IMG/VR virus record: IMGVR_UViG_3300012940_000024
Span: 1 to 64,000 of that record
Reading direction: 5' to 3' (one strand)
Length of the DNA stretch: 64,000 bases
Origin: a virus
Lineage: Duplodnaviria > Caudoviricetes
Shown here: positions 1 through 8,844 of the stretch, in pieces
How the letters are laid out: each line of letters opens with the position of its first letter
Numbering within the stretch: position 1 is the first letter of the stretch
Notes under the pieces: generated by a model
Seen by the model: the letters and a program-made list of their open reading frames with translations, nothing else
The model's database searches: none
Told to the model about the DNA's origin: nothing
Program-made: the position numbers and the translations under genes

Positions 1-330
1 TAGAGCATTTGGAATTAACTTTTTACCATCATTGTAATTTTTCCAATTTGGAACATTTTGCCATAGTCGTTTTCCATTTTCTCTATATCTTAAAGGAATT
101 TTGTAAGCCGACTGTGCTTTATCTGTAATTATTTCAACAATTTCAGCATTTGGAAGATTGTAATTAATCCATTTCATGATTTCAAATTCTTGTGTTTCAA
201 TTCCTCTACCATATTTTTCTTGCATTTTAGACGAAATACGGTCATATACAACAACTTTTTGAACCTTTAATTTTTTAACATCATTTAATGTTAAATTCAT
301 TTGTCTTTTTCTTTTACGTTTCACGACCAT
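1..330 (-). CDS. Serine recombinase (resolvase/integrase), N-terminal part, runs off the window; not in the ORF track
   Basis: Hand translation MVVKRKRKRQMNLTLNDVKKLKVQKVVVYDRISSKMQEKYGRGIETQ...IITDKAQSAYKIPLRYRENGKRL contains the Y-x-R-x-S catalytic motif and a D-x-x-x-S...R motif; start may be at 300. Confidence 0.75.
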   Translation of the reverse strand, partial: MVVKRKRKRQMNLTLNDVKKLKVQKVVVYDRISSKMQEKYGRGIETQEFEIMKWINYNLPNAEIVEIITDKAQSAYKIPLRYRENGKRLWQNVPNWKNYNDGKKLIPNAL

Positions 331-407
331 GTGCGTTAAACCCCCAACATTTTTGATGTATAAATTATATTTAATTTGAACAACCTTGTCAAATAGAGGT
401 GAAAAAA

Positions 408-524
408 ATGAATGAAAATATAAGTGAGGAAGTAAAACAAAAGTTATATAAAATTATTGCAAAAATAATATATAATGAAATAAAAAATAATCAACTGTCT
501 CAACAAAGGGATGAAAGAAATTAA
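408..524 (+). CDS. 38-aa protein divergent from the serine recombinase
   Basis: RBS AGAGGTG, ATG at 408, MNENISEEVKQKLYKIIAKIIYNEIKNNQLSQQRDERN*; below the ORF-track cutoff. Confidence 0.45.
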   Translation: MNENISEEVKQKLYKIIAKIIYNEIKNNQLSQQRDERN

Positions 525-706
525 CTTGGCACATAAACGCTATAGTGTGTTAATATTATGACACAACAAAAAATATTACATAAGGAGAGATAAGCTAATT
601 GTAATATTATTATGAATTATTAAAACTTAAAGAAAAAATAATATAGCACCTATAGCTGAATTTACAAAAGATCAACTGAAAATTCTGATAAATGAACAAG
701 TATTAA

Positions 707-1000
707 ATGAAAGGTGAATTTGTAAATATTGATAGTGTATTACAAGTATATAATTTATTCTTAATTGAGGATGAAAATGGAAAAGAATATATTGACAATG
801 GTAAAAAATATACAAACTGCTTAAAAATTAGAAAAACACCATTTAAAGATAATGAAAAGCAAAAGACAAGAATAATTATCGATCAGATGTGTAGCAATAG
901 AGATCTTAAATATTCAGAAGTTGAAAAAAAAGTTAATGCTCAACATGGAGAGTTAAAAAGAAAAGCCAAAAAATTAAAAAGTGAAAAATCTTTCATTTAA
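707..1000 (+). CDS. Hypothetical protein
   Basis: 97-aa ORF followed by a terminator. Confidence 0.5.
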   Translation: MKGEFVNIDSVLQVYNLFLIEDENGKEYIDNGKKYTNCLKIRKTPFKDNEKQKTRIIIDQMCSNRDLKYSEVEKKVNAQHGELKRKAKKLKSEKSFI

Positions 1001-1011
1001 TAAAACAAATT

Positions 1012-1039
1012 AAAAGCTAGTTAATCACTAGCTTTTTTT
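1012..1039 (+). terminator. Rho-independent terminator
   Basis: AAAAGCTAG-ttaatca-CTAGCTTTT then T-run. Confidence 0.75.
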
Positions 1040-1080
1040 GTTACAATTTAATACATAAAGACTTAAAAGAAGGTGAAATA

Positions 1081-1497
1081 ATGACTAACCAATATAAAAA
1101 AATTACCATGTTGGACATAGAGGAAGCAATTAAAAAATATGGCTCATGTTTGCAATGGATAATCAAATATAATGAAAATGATGAAAAATTATTCTGGGAA
1201 CTAATTGATGAAAATGCTAGATGGTGGCTTACAGGTGTAGAAGATGTACCACCAAGCATGTTAAGAAGAGTTTTTGGAGTATCCCCGAAAGTGTTAAGAA
1301 GTTATAAGAAGGAAAATAATCTTTCTTATGATTTACATGATAAATTTCAAACATGGTGCATATTTAAAGACATAAAGATATTTGATAATGTAAATGATAC
1401 ATTAGAGGAATTTAAGCGTTATAAAGAAAATGAATACATTATCGCTCAAACAAATGAAGAGGAATATAATTCCAAATATTTAAAATATAAACTGTAG
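1081..1497 (+). CDS. Hypothetical protein
   Basis: 138 aa, RBS GAAGGTG. Confidence 0.7.
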   Translation: MTNQYKKITMLDIEEAIKKYGSCLQWIIKYNENDEKLFWELIDENARWWLTGVEDVPPSMLRRVFGVSPKVLRSYKKENNLSYDLHDKFQTWCIFKDIKIFDNVNDTLEEFKRYKENEYIIAQTNEEEYNSKYLKYKL

Positions 1498-1583
1498 AAA
1501 TAAATATCTAGTCACCGGAATAACTATAAGGTATAATTGTAATATAAAGTTAGTTATAAAAACTTTTTTAAAAGGAGTTATAC

Positions 1584-1862
1584 ATGGAAGAAATATTAAT
1601 TAAAATTCTAAATAAGTTAGACAATTTGGAATTAGGACAAAAGGAATTAAAAGCTGATTTAAAAAAACTAGAAGAAAAAGTAGAAAATAATCAAATTGAA
1701 ATGAAATTAGAACTTAATAAAATAGATAAGAAATTATCAAAAATTCCATTGACCTATGAAAATTTAGAAAATTATATCGGCAATCAAGATAAAAAATATG
1801 AAGATTTAAAAAATAAATTTACAAAGGAAATTGAAGAAATAAATAAAAAGTTACTTAATTAA
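1584..1862 (+). CDS. Coiled-coil hypothetical protein
   Basis: 92 aa heptad-rich, RBS AAGGAG, terminator after. Confidence 0.7.
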   Translation: MEEILIKILNKLDNLELGQKELKADLKKLEEKVENNQIEMKLELNKIDKKLSKIPLTYENLENYIGNQDKKYEDLKNKFTKEIEEINKKLLN

Positions 1863-1949
1863 ATAATGAAAATTTACGATAAGCTAATTGTTAGCTTATT
1901 TTTTCTTGTTTTCAATGAATAAAATTAGGAAAAATTACCAAAAATATCT

Positions 1950-2222
1950 TTGCAAAGATATAATTATTATAAGGTATTGGAGAGATTAAATATGAAAAAA
2001 GAATTTACAATAAATGTAACAATGGAAGAAAGATGGATACCGCACTTTATGTCTTTTTTAAAATATATGGAATATCTAGGTAAGATAGGATCAACTCGCC
2101 AAGTAGCTTTAATTGCTGATGGTGATGGTGATTTCCGACCGGAATTTAATTCAAGTATTGAATTTGAAATACAAGAACCTATCATTGATCATGATGGAGA
2201 TAGAATATATGATGCTGGTTAG
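1950..2222 (+). CDS. Conserved-looking phage hypothetical protein (true start probably 1992)
   Basis: GGAGAG RBS before ATG 1992 (MKKEFTINV...ADGDGDFRPEF); terminator after. Confidence 0.7.
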   Translation: MQRYNYYKVLERLNMKKEFTINVTMEERWIPHFMSFLKYMEYLGKIGSTRQVALIADGDGDFRPEFNSSIEFEIQEPIIDHDGDRIYDAG

Positions 2223-2316
2223 AAAAGTTATAAAAGCTAGTCTAATTAGATTAGCTTATTTTTTATCTTAACTTTATTTTCCATTTTTATTATAATTAAA
2301 AAAAGGGGGTTGAAAG

Positions 2317-2982
2317 ATGTTTTATAATTCTGACGGTGTTGAAGTGTTTAAAAAGAGTGATATTTCTGAATTGGAAAATTTACTCTTAAAAGACAATAAA
2401 TTACAAATTGTATCATATAAGGATTTACAAGGATTTACTAAAGAACAAATTTCTCAATTCTGTGTACAAAATGGATTTTACACAATACCTACTCTAGAAC
2501 TTATCTCGTTTCTACAAGAAGAGATTAAGGATGTAGAACTTAACCAAGTGTTAGAAATTGGTGCTGGTCATGGTGCTATTAGCAAAGCGTTAAATATAAG
2601 AGCAGTAGACAGCTTTATGCAAGATAAAGAAGAGATTAAAGAAGTTTACAATTTACTAAGACAAACTCCTGTACCTTATGGTGAACATGTTGAAAAATAT
2701 GATGGTAATGATGCTATTCGGAGATTTAAACCTAAGATAGTCATTGGAGCATATTGCACTCATAAGTATAATCCTAAAGAACATTGGAGAGGTGGAAATG
2801 CTTTTGGTTTCAATGAAAAGCTAATCTTAGAAAGAGTGGAAAAATATATACATGTAGGAAATAGACACGTACATAATAAAAAACCAATATTGAAATACAA
2901 ACATAGAGAGATTAAGGAAGATTGGATAGTAACTAGATCTTTCTATCCTAAAGACAATATTATTTGGATATGGGAAAAATAA
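2317..2982 (+). CDS. SAM-dependent methyltransferase-fold protein
   Basis: Motif I-like VLEIGAGHGAIS followed by acidic AVD; RBS AAGGGGG; terminator after. Confidence 0.6.
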   Translation: MFYNSDGVEVFKKSDISELENLLLKDNKLQIVSYKDLQGFTKEQISQFCVQNGFYTIPTLELISFLQEEIKDVELNQVLEIGAGHGAISKALNIRAVDSFMQDKEEIKEVYNLLRQTPVPYGEHVEKYDGNDAIRRFKPKIVIGAYCTHKYNPKEHWRGGNAFGFNEKLILERVEKYIHVGNRHVHNKKPILKYKHREIKEDWIVTRSFYPKDNIIWIWEK

Positions 2983-3167
2983 CTAAATATAGCTATATAA
3001 AAGCCAACTTATTAAGTAAGTATGGCTTTTTTTATTACAGTTTAATAAAAATTATTACAGTGCAATAAAAAAGATATAACAAATAGATATTTTATTGTTT
3101 AAAAATTTATAAATATGGAAATTCCTAATAAAGAATTATTATAAAAAAATATAGGAGTGAGAAAAAA

Positions 3168-4328
3168 ATGTTTTACAATGAGTTGGTTTCAGAAGAAAAC
3201 GATTTTATGAAGTTGAAACCTCTAGAATTAGAAATTAAAAACAAGCTACAAATCAAGAAGGATGGCACAGTAGTTATTGAAGATGTTTACTTGCATAGAG
3301 CAAGTAAGAATATCTCGTATTTTATTGTTAATTTAACTTTTGAGGATATAGCTAAGTCGTTGAAAATTTTAACGTATGATGCAGAAGCACAAAGAAGATT
3401 AAAGGATGGAGAGCCTTTTTTAAAAGAAAGTCAAGTAAAAGAATTTATTAAGGTATTAAGAAATGGTGAGGATATAATTGGTAATTTAGTTTGGAATTTA
3501 AGGTCTGATAGGATAAGTAGTGATAATTTTATATATAATCCACTAAATAAATCACTGACTATTTTTCCTAAACAAAAGATCTACATAACTGATGGTTATC
3601 ACAGAACTAAATCTTGCAATATTGTCTACAATGAAGGTAATTATGAGGTAGCAAAATATTCAAATTTTATAGTCCATATACATTTTTTAGACGAAAGAAA
3701 GGAGAAAGACCGTTTCGGGAAAATTAATCATAATACGAACCAGCTTTCTCATTCTAAACGGAAGAGAGTCCTTGATGATGTTCGTAGTGAGTTTACTCGT
3801 CAACTAATAGATAAGACTTTCTTAAAAGGAAAGGTAGAGGAAAATATAGACAATATTAGTTTGAATAAACTTTATACTTTCAATCAAGTCTGTAATAGTT
3901 TATTTGGTCAAAAAGGTGTATTCCGGAAATATGATCTAGAGGATCAAAAGAACTTCAATGATTTACTCAATTTTCTTGTTAACTTCTTCAATTATCTACC
4001 AAAGGTTAGAAAGGAATTTTTGTTTGAAAACGAAGAAGAGAAGAGAAGATATTTACAAAAAAATCTAATACTAGAACCTATTATGTTATATGCTTACATG
4101 ACAGTCGCAAGGGAAATGTTAAAGCGTGGAACAACAGACACTTATATTATTGATGAATTTTTCAAACTCAAATTGTACTGTAGTGGGAAAGAAGTATGGT
4201 TTTTCGCGAAGAATACCTCTTTATGGGTAGGAAAAATTCTATATAATAATGGTAACTCTATATCTGGCTATCCACCACAAACAAGCCTTATTGATGCAAC
4301 CGTAAATGCTCTTAAAATGATTCCTTGA
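3168..4328 (+). CDS. DGQHR/DndB-like (ParB-superfamily) protein, SPbeta YopQ-like
   Basis: AQR motif (AEAQRRL), ITDGYHR variant of DGQHR, F..IN (RFGKINH) motif; RBS AGGAG. Confidence 0.6.
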   Translation: MFYNELVSEENDFMKLKPLELEIKNKLQIKKDGTVVIEDVYLHRASKNISYFIVNLTFEDIAKSLKILTYDAEAQRRLKDGEPFLKESQVKEFIKVLRNGEDIIGNLVWNLRSDRISSDNFIYNPLNKSLTIFPKQKIYITDGYHRTKSCNIVYNEGNYEVAKYSNFIVHIHFLDERKEKDRFGKINHNTNQLSHSKRKRVLDDVRSEFTRQLIDKTFLKGKVEENIDNISLNKLYTFNQVCNSLFGQKGVFRKYDLEDQKNFNDLLNFLVNFFNYLPKVRKEFLFENEEEKRRYLQKNLILEPIMLYAYMTVAREMLKRGTTDTYIIDEFFKLKLYCSGKEVWFFAKNTSLWVGKILYNNGNSISGYPPQTSLIDATVNALKMIP

Positions 4329-4338
4329 TAGTCCTTCA

Positions 4339-4367
4339 TATCTAGGCGAAAGCCTAGATATTTTTTT
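4339..4367 (+). terminator. Rho-independent terminator
   Basis: TATCTAGGC-GAAA-GCCTAGATA then T7. Confidence 0.85.
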
Positions 4368-4701
4368 CTTTCCGGAATAACCCCTTATTTAAATTTTTAA
4401 AATAGTCTGTATTTTTTTAAAGCGTGTTAAAAAAATAAAAAAAACTCAGCCTATTGATTGTTTCACACAAAAAATTATTTCCAATATTTAACATCTTATA
4501 CACGCTAAAATCAAAAAAAATCATCATAAAACATACATTTTTTTTACATGTTTTATACTAGTTATTCATTCACAATTGATGAATATTATTTACTTATAGT
4601 ATCTAATGTTTATTTAAAAATATTCATGTTAAATTGAAAAAAATAAAAGGATCTTTATCCTTTTTAAGCATATATTGTTTATTCTTTTTCACTATGCTTT
4701 A

Positions 4702-4890
4702 TTAATTAGAAATGGAATGATTCTTATTTATTACATCCGTATCAAAACATCTTATTTCAAGAAATATTTCATTTTCTCTACACATCTCAATCGCATATAG
4801 ATATAGTTCCTCATAATATTTCTTTTCATTCGGAAAAACAGCCATCAATTTTCCAGCTAAAAATGCCCCAATTGCATCCATTGAAATCAT
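4702..4890 (-). CDS. Small hypothetical protein
   Basis: 62 aa; AAAGGATG RBS suits the Met at 4881. Confidence 0.5.
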   Translation of the reverse strand: MISMDAIGAFLAGKLMAVFPNEKKYYEELYLYAIEMCRENEIFLEIRCFDTDVINKNHSISN

Positions 4891-5021
4891 CCTTTCAGAT
4901 TTATTTCAATCACTTCATTATATGAGAATTAGAAAATTTTAGAAATTGTCCGGAATGTTTTGTTATTAAATTCCATTTTTTTGGTAATAACTGAAATATC
5001 AAATTGAAAAGGAGTAATTAA

Positions 5022-6149
5022 ATGATAAACAATAATTTTTCTCAAAGAAATGCAGAAAAAAATAATGACAACAGAGAAGTTGTTGAAAGAAATGATGTAA
5101 GGATTAGCAATAAGAAAAAGAAGATGTATGATGAAGCTATGAAAGAATTAAATAAGCTTGATGGAATGGAAACGGTTAAGAATAAAATTCTTGAAGCATT
5201 AGCTTTATCTAAGGTCTTTAGGGCAAGAGAAAAATACAATCTAAATAATGAGCAACATGCTTTGCATATGATCTTTACAGGTAATGCCGGAACAGGCAAA
5301 ACAACCGTTGCAAGACTTGTGGGAAAATTATTTGTTGGTGCTGGATTATTACAAAAAGGAAATTATAAACAAACAAGATCTGATCTAAGTCATAGGAATC
5401 CATTCCATTCTGATGATGATAATAATACAACAAGTGACGTACCATTTGTCGAATGTACAAATGCGGATATTGCTTCTGCCTTTTGGGGAGAAGATGAAAA
5501 AAATATGAAAAAGAAATTCGATCAAGCCAATGGTGGAGTGCTATTCATTGATGAAGCCTATTCTATGATTTCCCGAAGTGGACATAGATCCGGTGAAAAA
5601 GTTAGTGCTGTCATGGTTGCTGAAATGGAAAATAGAAGGAATAGCGTTTGTGTCATTGGTGCTGGTTATCCTTCCGAAATGGAAGAGTTCATTCAATATA
5701 ATACTGGACTTGCATCACGATTTTCAACAGTGATTCATTTTCCTAATTATACTGTACCGCAGTTATTACAAATTGCTCGTAACATGTGCCTAGAAAGAGA
5801 TTATAAAATGACCGAAGGGTATATAAAAGCATTGGCTGAAAGATTAGAAAAAGAACGATTACTGTACACCTTTGGTAATGCTCGAACAGTAAGAAATATA
5901 TTGGAAGAATCCATCCGCAAACATGCTAAACGTGTGTATGATCAATTTGGTTCTGATCCTAGTAGAGAGGATCTAATTACATTAAAAGAGGAAGATGTGG
6001 AAGCATTTAATCCGGTCTTTAAAGGAGAAGAAATTGTAGATCCTTTTAAAGATTATTATGCAAAGGCTGTTGCAAGTGGTTTAATCAGTGGAGGAAAAGC
6101 CATGTTGCCTAAACGGTTAAAATTTTCCAATAGAGGATCACATCAATAA
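5022..6149 (+). CDS. AAA+ ATPase of the SpoVK/CbbX family
   Basis: LHMIFTGNAGTGKTTVAR Walker A, GGVLFIDEAYS Walker B, GLASRF, FGNARTVRN sensor; RBS AAGGAG. Confidence 0.85.
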   Translation: MINNNFSQRNAEKNNDNREVVERNDVRISNKKKKMYDEAMKELNKLDGMETVKNKILEALALSKVFRAREKYNLNNEQHALHMIFTGNAGTGKTTVARLVGKLFVGAGLLQKGNYKQTRSDLSHRNPFHSDDDNNTTSDVPFVECTNADIASAFWGEDEKNMKKKFDQANGGVLFIDEAYSMISRSGHRSGEKVSAVMVAEMENRRNSVCVIGAGYPSEMEEFIQYNTGLASRFSTVIHFPNYTVPQLLQIARNMCLERDYKMTEGYIKALAERLEKERLLYTFGNARTVRNILEESIRKHAKRVYDQFGSDPSREDLITLKEEDVEAFNPVFKGEEIVDPFKDYYAKAVASGLISGGKAMLPKRLKFSNRGSHQ

Positions 6150-6215
6150 GCACATAAAAGATTTCCTTTTAGAACATAATGAAAAGGTAAATATAACATT
6201 GAAAGGAAGTTTTTT

Positions 6216-6554
6216 ATGGCAACCGAATTAAGTAGAGAAATGAAAAAAATTAAAATTATTGTTGGTGAAAACGAAAAGGAATATCAGTTTAAACATGCTA
6301 TCATTCATGGATTAGAACAAGGAGAAGAAGGTCGCTTAGTCTCTTTAATTTGTGGGTATAAAAACATTGAAGATTTCTCAATGGTATATGCTAACTGCAT
6401 TGTTGAATGTTATCGTTTCCTACAAGAAAATTATGATGGTGAAGATACTGATGTTTTTACATCATTGAAAGAATTTACTGAAAATATTTTTGAAGGAATA
6501 AAAAAAGGTGACTTCAACGAAGCTGTTCAAGATGTAATTTACGAAAATTTATAA
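6216..6554 (+). CDS. Acidic hypothetical protein
   Basis: 112 aa, RBS AAAGGA, terminator after. Confidence 0.7.
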   Translation: MATELSREMKKIKIIVGENEKEYQFKHAIIHGLEQGEEGRLVSLICGYKNIEDFSMVYANCIVECYRFLQENYDGEDTDVFTSLKEFTENIFEGIKKGDFNEAVQDVIYENL

Positions 6555-6656
6555 GTTATACATAAAAGTCAATGGAAACATTGGCTTTTATTTTTTTGTT
6601 TTCACAGAAATAAATTTCCTCTTTATGCTACAATAATCATAGCATTTTTAATTGAG

Positions 6657-7004
6657 GTGGTGAACGGAATGAAAAATATAACTGCCCCTTTAGGATGGTT
6701 CTATAGCGAAAAATTTAACTACTGGCAGAAAACAAAGGGTAAGGTAGTAGTATATGTTTCACGTTTAATATTCGGCTATCAGGCTCAATTATATTATCGT
6801 GGACAGCTAGGCTTTTGTGAATTAGAAGTAAGAACAAACAGTAAGGGTGAAGCTGGCTATTTAAAAATGTTTGTTCTTGCTGAAATATGGCTGGAAAAAT
6901 ATCAAGATGGAGATAGTGAAAAAATCAGTAAAGACATATATCATATTTCTAATCCCAATGGTGTTTGGTTAGAAAACCATAACGATAAAAAATATCTTAT
7001 ATAG
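6657..7004 (+). CDS. Hypothetical protein
   Basis: 115 aa, RBS GAGGTG. Confidence 0.7.
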   Translation: MVNGMKNITAPLGWFYSEKFNYWQKTKGKVVVYVSRLIFGYQAQLYYRGQLGFCELEVRTNSKGEAGYLKMFVLAEIWLEKYQDGDSEKISKDIYHISNPNGVWLENHNDKKYLI

Positions 7005-7033
7005 TATAAAAATTTCCATATTTGTTCATATTA
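7004..7033 (+). promoter_or_regulatory. Sigma-G-type (forespore) promoter
   Basis: GTATA (7004-7008)-N18-CATATTA (7027-7033) matches the Bacillus sigma-G consensus GHATR-N17/18-CATNHTA, 48 nt before the ATG at 7082. Confidence 0.6.
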
Positions 7034-7081
7034 GTAAAGTAAGCAATTACATACAAAATTTACTAATAGGAGGTCAAAGAT

Positions 7082-7477
7082 ATGGAAGATATTATATCAA
7101 AGTTTATCAATCGAAAATTAAGAGAAGAGGTTTGTGTAGCAAAAAATTGTGTTGGTGAAGTACCTTCTCACCTTAATGTTCAATTAAGAAATTTGAAAAT
7201 TGAACATGAAAATTTAGAAGAAGAAATGGAAATCAGAAGAAATCAATATGCCCTTGAAGCTAAAAAGAAAATGTTTGAGGAATTTGATACAAAGCTTTCT
7301 CAATTCAGTGAAAGGCACAAAAAAGTATGGGATGAAATCTATCGCACTTTAGGCATAGATCCACATGGGAGTTACCTTCATCAAAACGGAAAAATTTATC
7401 AGCATCCTCATTCTGATACATCTGGTTCACTAAACAGAAAGAATGATATTAATTTCACAAAACCTTTTCCATATTAA
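7082..7477 (+). CDS. Hypothetical protein (helical)
   Basis: 131 aa, RBS AGGAGG, terminator after. Confidence 0.75.
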   Translation: MEDIISKFINRKLREEVCVAKNCVGEVPSHLNVQLRNLKIEHENLEEEMEIRRNQYALEAKKKMFEEFDTKLSQFSERHKKVWDEIYRTLGIDPHGSYLHQNGKIYQHPHSDTSGSLNRKNDINFTKPFPY

Positions 7478-7524
7478 GTAGAAAGATACCCAAAAGGGTA
7501 TCTTTTTTTATTTTAAATAAAAAA

Positions 7525-7556
7525 AAGGGATAAATGCTGTAATAGCATTTATCCAA
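7525..7556. terminator. Hairpin, oriented as a minus-strand terminator
   Basis: GGATAAATGCT-gtaat-AGCATTTATCC preceded by an A-run on +. Confidence 0.6.
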
Positions 7557-7818
7557 AAGAGAAACAGAGAGAATATGACCATGCACCGAACTATAGAAGC
7601 ATTGCATTACATATATAAAAGGAGTAATGAAGTGTAAGAAGTGTCCAAGAACAGTCTCATGGCATTTCGCTTCTATAGTTCTAATTACATTATGGGTAAT
7701 ACTCTAAGAATATATACCTAAAAAACGATAATTTTAAACAAAAATGTAATTTAAAGATGGGAATATTTTCATGTTAGATAACAAATAATACATTTATAAA
7801 CGTATGTGAGGTGTTAGA

Positions 7819-8172
7819 ATGTACGAAATATCGGATATGATGTTGGAATATATAAGCGATAAAAAACTTGACAAAACGTATTTAGAAAAGATAAAAATAC
7901 CACATGAAGTATTATATGAAAAGCCAATAAAAGATAAAGAAAATTTTCAATTAATAATTAAGTTAGAAGATTACTTAGAAGAATTAGCAGAAAAGATCCA
8001 TCAGTTTTTATGGGAAGAATTACATTATAAAGATGAATGGAAGAATATAAAGGAAATTCAATTATCAACAATCATAAAAAAATTCGATTTATGTATATGT
8101 CCGTTTTGGTTAACTTTTTGCGAAATTGTTAAAACATCATTTGATGAAAGTGTATATACTTTAAAATTCTAG
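7819..8172 (+). CDS. Hypothetical protein
   Basis: 117 aa, RBS GAGGTG, hairpin after stop. Confidence 0.7.
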   Translation: MYEISDMMLEYISDKKLDKTYLEKIKIPHEVLYEKPIKDKENFQLIIKLEDYLEELAEKIHQFLWEELHYKDEWKNIKEIQLSTIIKKFDLCICPFWLTFCEIVKTSFDESVYTLKF

Positions 8173-8215
8173 TTTAGGCTAGAATTTTTTTGTATAATTT
8201 AAAAGAGGTGATAAC

Positions 8216-8527
8216 GTGAACATTAGCCGATATAGTGGAAAAATTGTATGTAAAAAATGTAACAAAAATTTTAAAACAAAAAAAGAAAGAAATAAAATTA
8301 AATATCTTTGTTCCGGATATGATCGCTTTGGAAAAGAATTTTGTGAAAGAGAGATCATAGCAGAAACATTTCTAGACGATTTAATTTCATTTCATTATAA
8401 AAAGGAATTAACAAATGATGAGGTAGAAGCACTTATAAAAGTTATTGAGGTTCATAAAGACAAATGGATCATTAAATATAATGACGATTCTGAGACAATT
8501 ATCTCAAAATCTTTTTACAAAATTTAA
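8216..8527 (+). CDS. Stand-alone recombinase-type zinc-ribbon protein
   Basis: YSGKIVCKKC...YLCSGY...C pattern like the Zn ribbon of large serine recombinases; RBS GAGGTG, GTG start. Confidence 0.6.
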   Translation: MNISRYSGKIVCKKCNKNFKTKKERNKIKYLCSGYDRFGKEFCEREIIAETFLDDLISFHYKKELTNDEVEALIKVIEVHKDKWIIKYNDDSETIISKSFYKI

Positions 8528-8844
8528 TTTTCAGAATATTATATACGATAGGGTGACAATATAAAATTTGAGGATTTAATGGGAGGGAGGGCAATCCATT
8601 GTCTTATATGGATTTTTTAGAGTTTTGTCAGGGTGACACTTTTCCCACTAAATCCTCGGATAGAAAGGATGGTATTGCAATAAGATTGTTGTGAATAACT
8701 CAACCCCAATTAACTCTACGAGTAATATATAGTATGGCGAAATATTAAAACGGTTACAAAATTTGGTAATTAAATGTATTTTTTTTCTTTGTAATATTGG
8801 AAAAAGCCATAAAGGATCAACAATCCAATAATTATTTTCATGTA

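Noticed and set aside
545-565. Imperfect palindrome GTGTTAATATTATGACAC as an att site
   Set aside because: Short, AT-rich, and no second copy or host junction in the window; could be any operator
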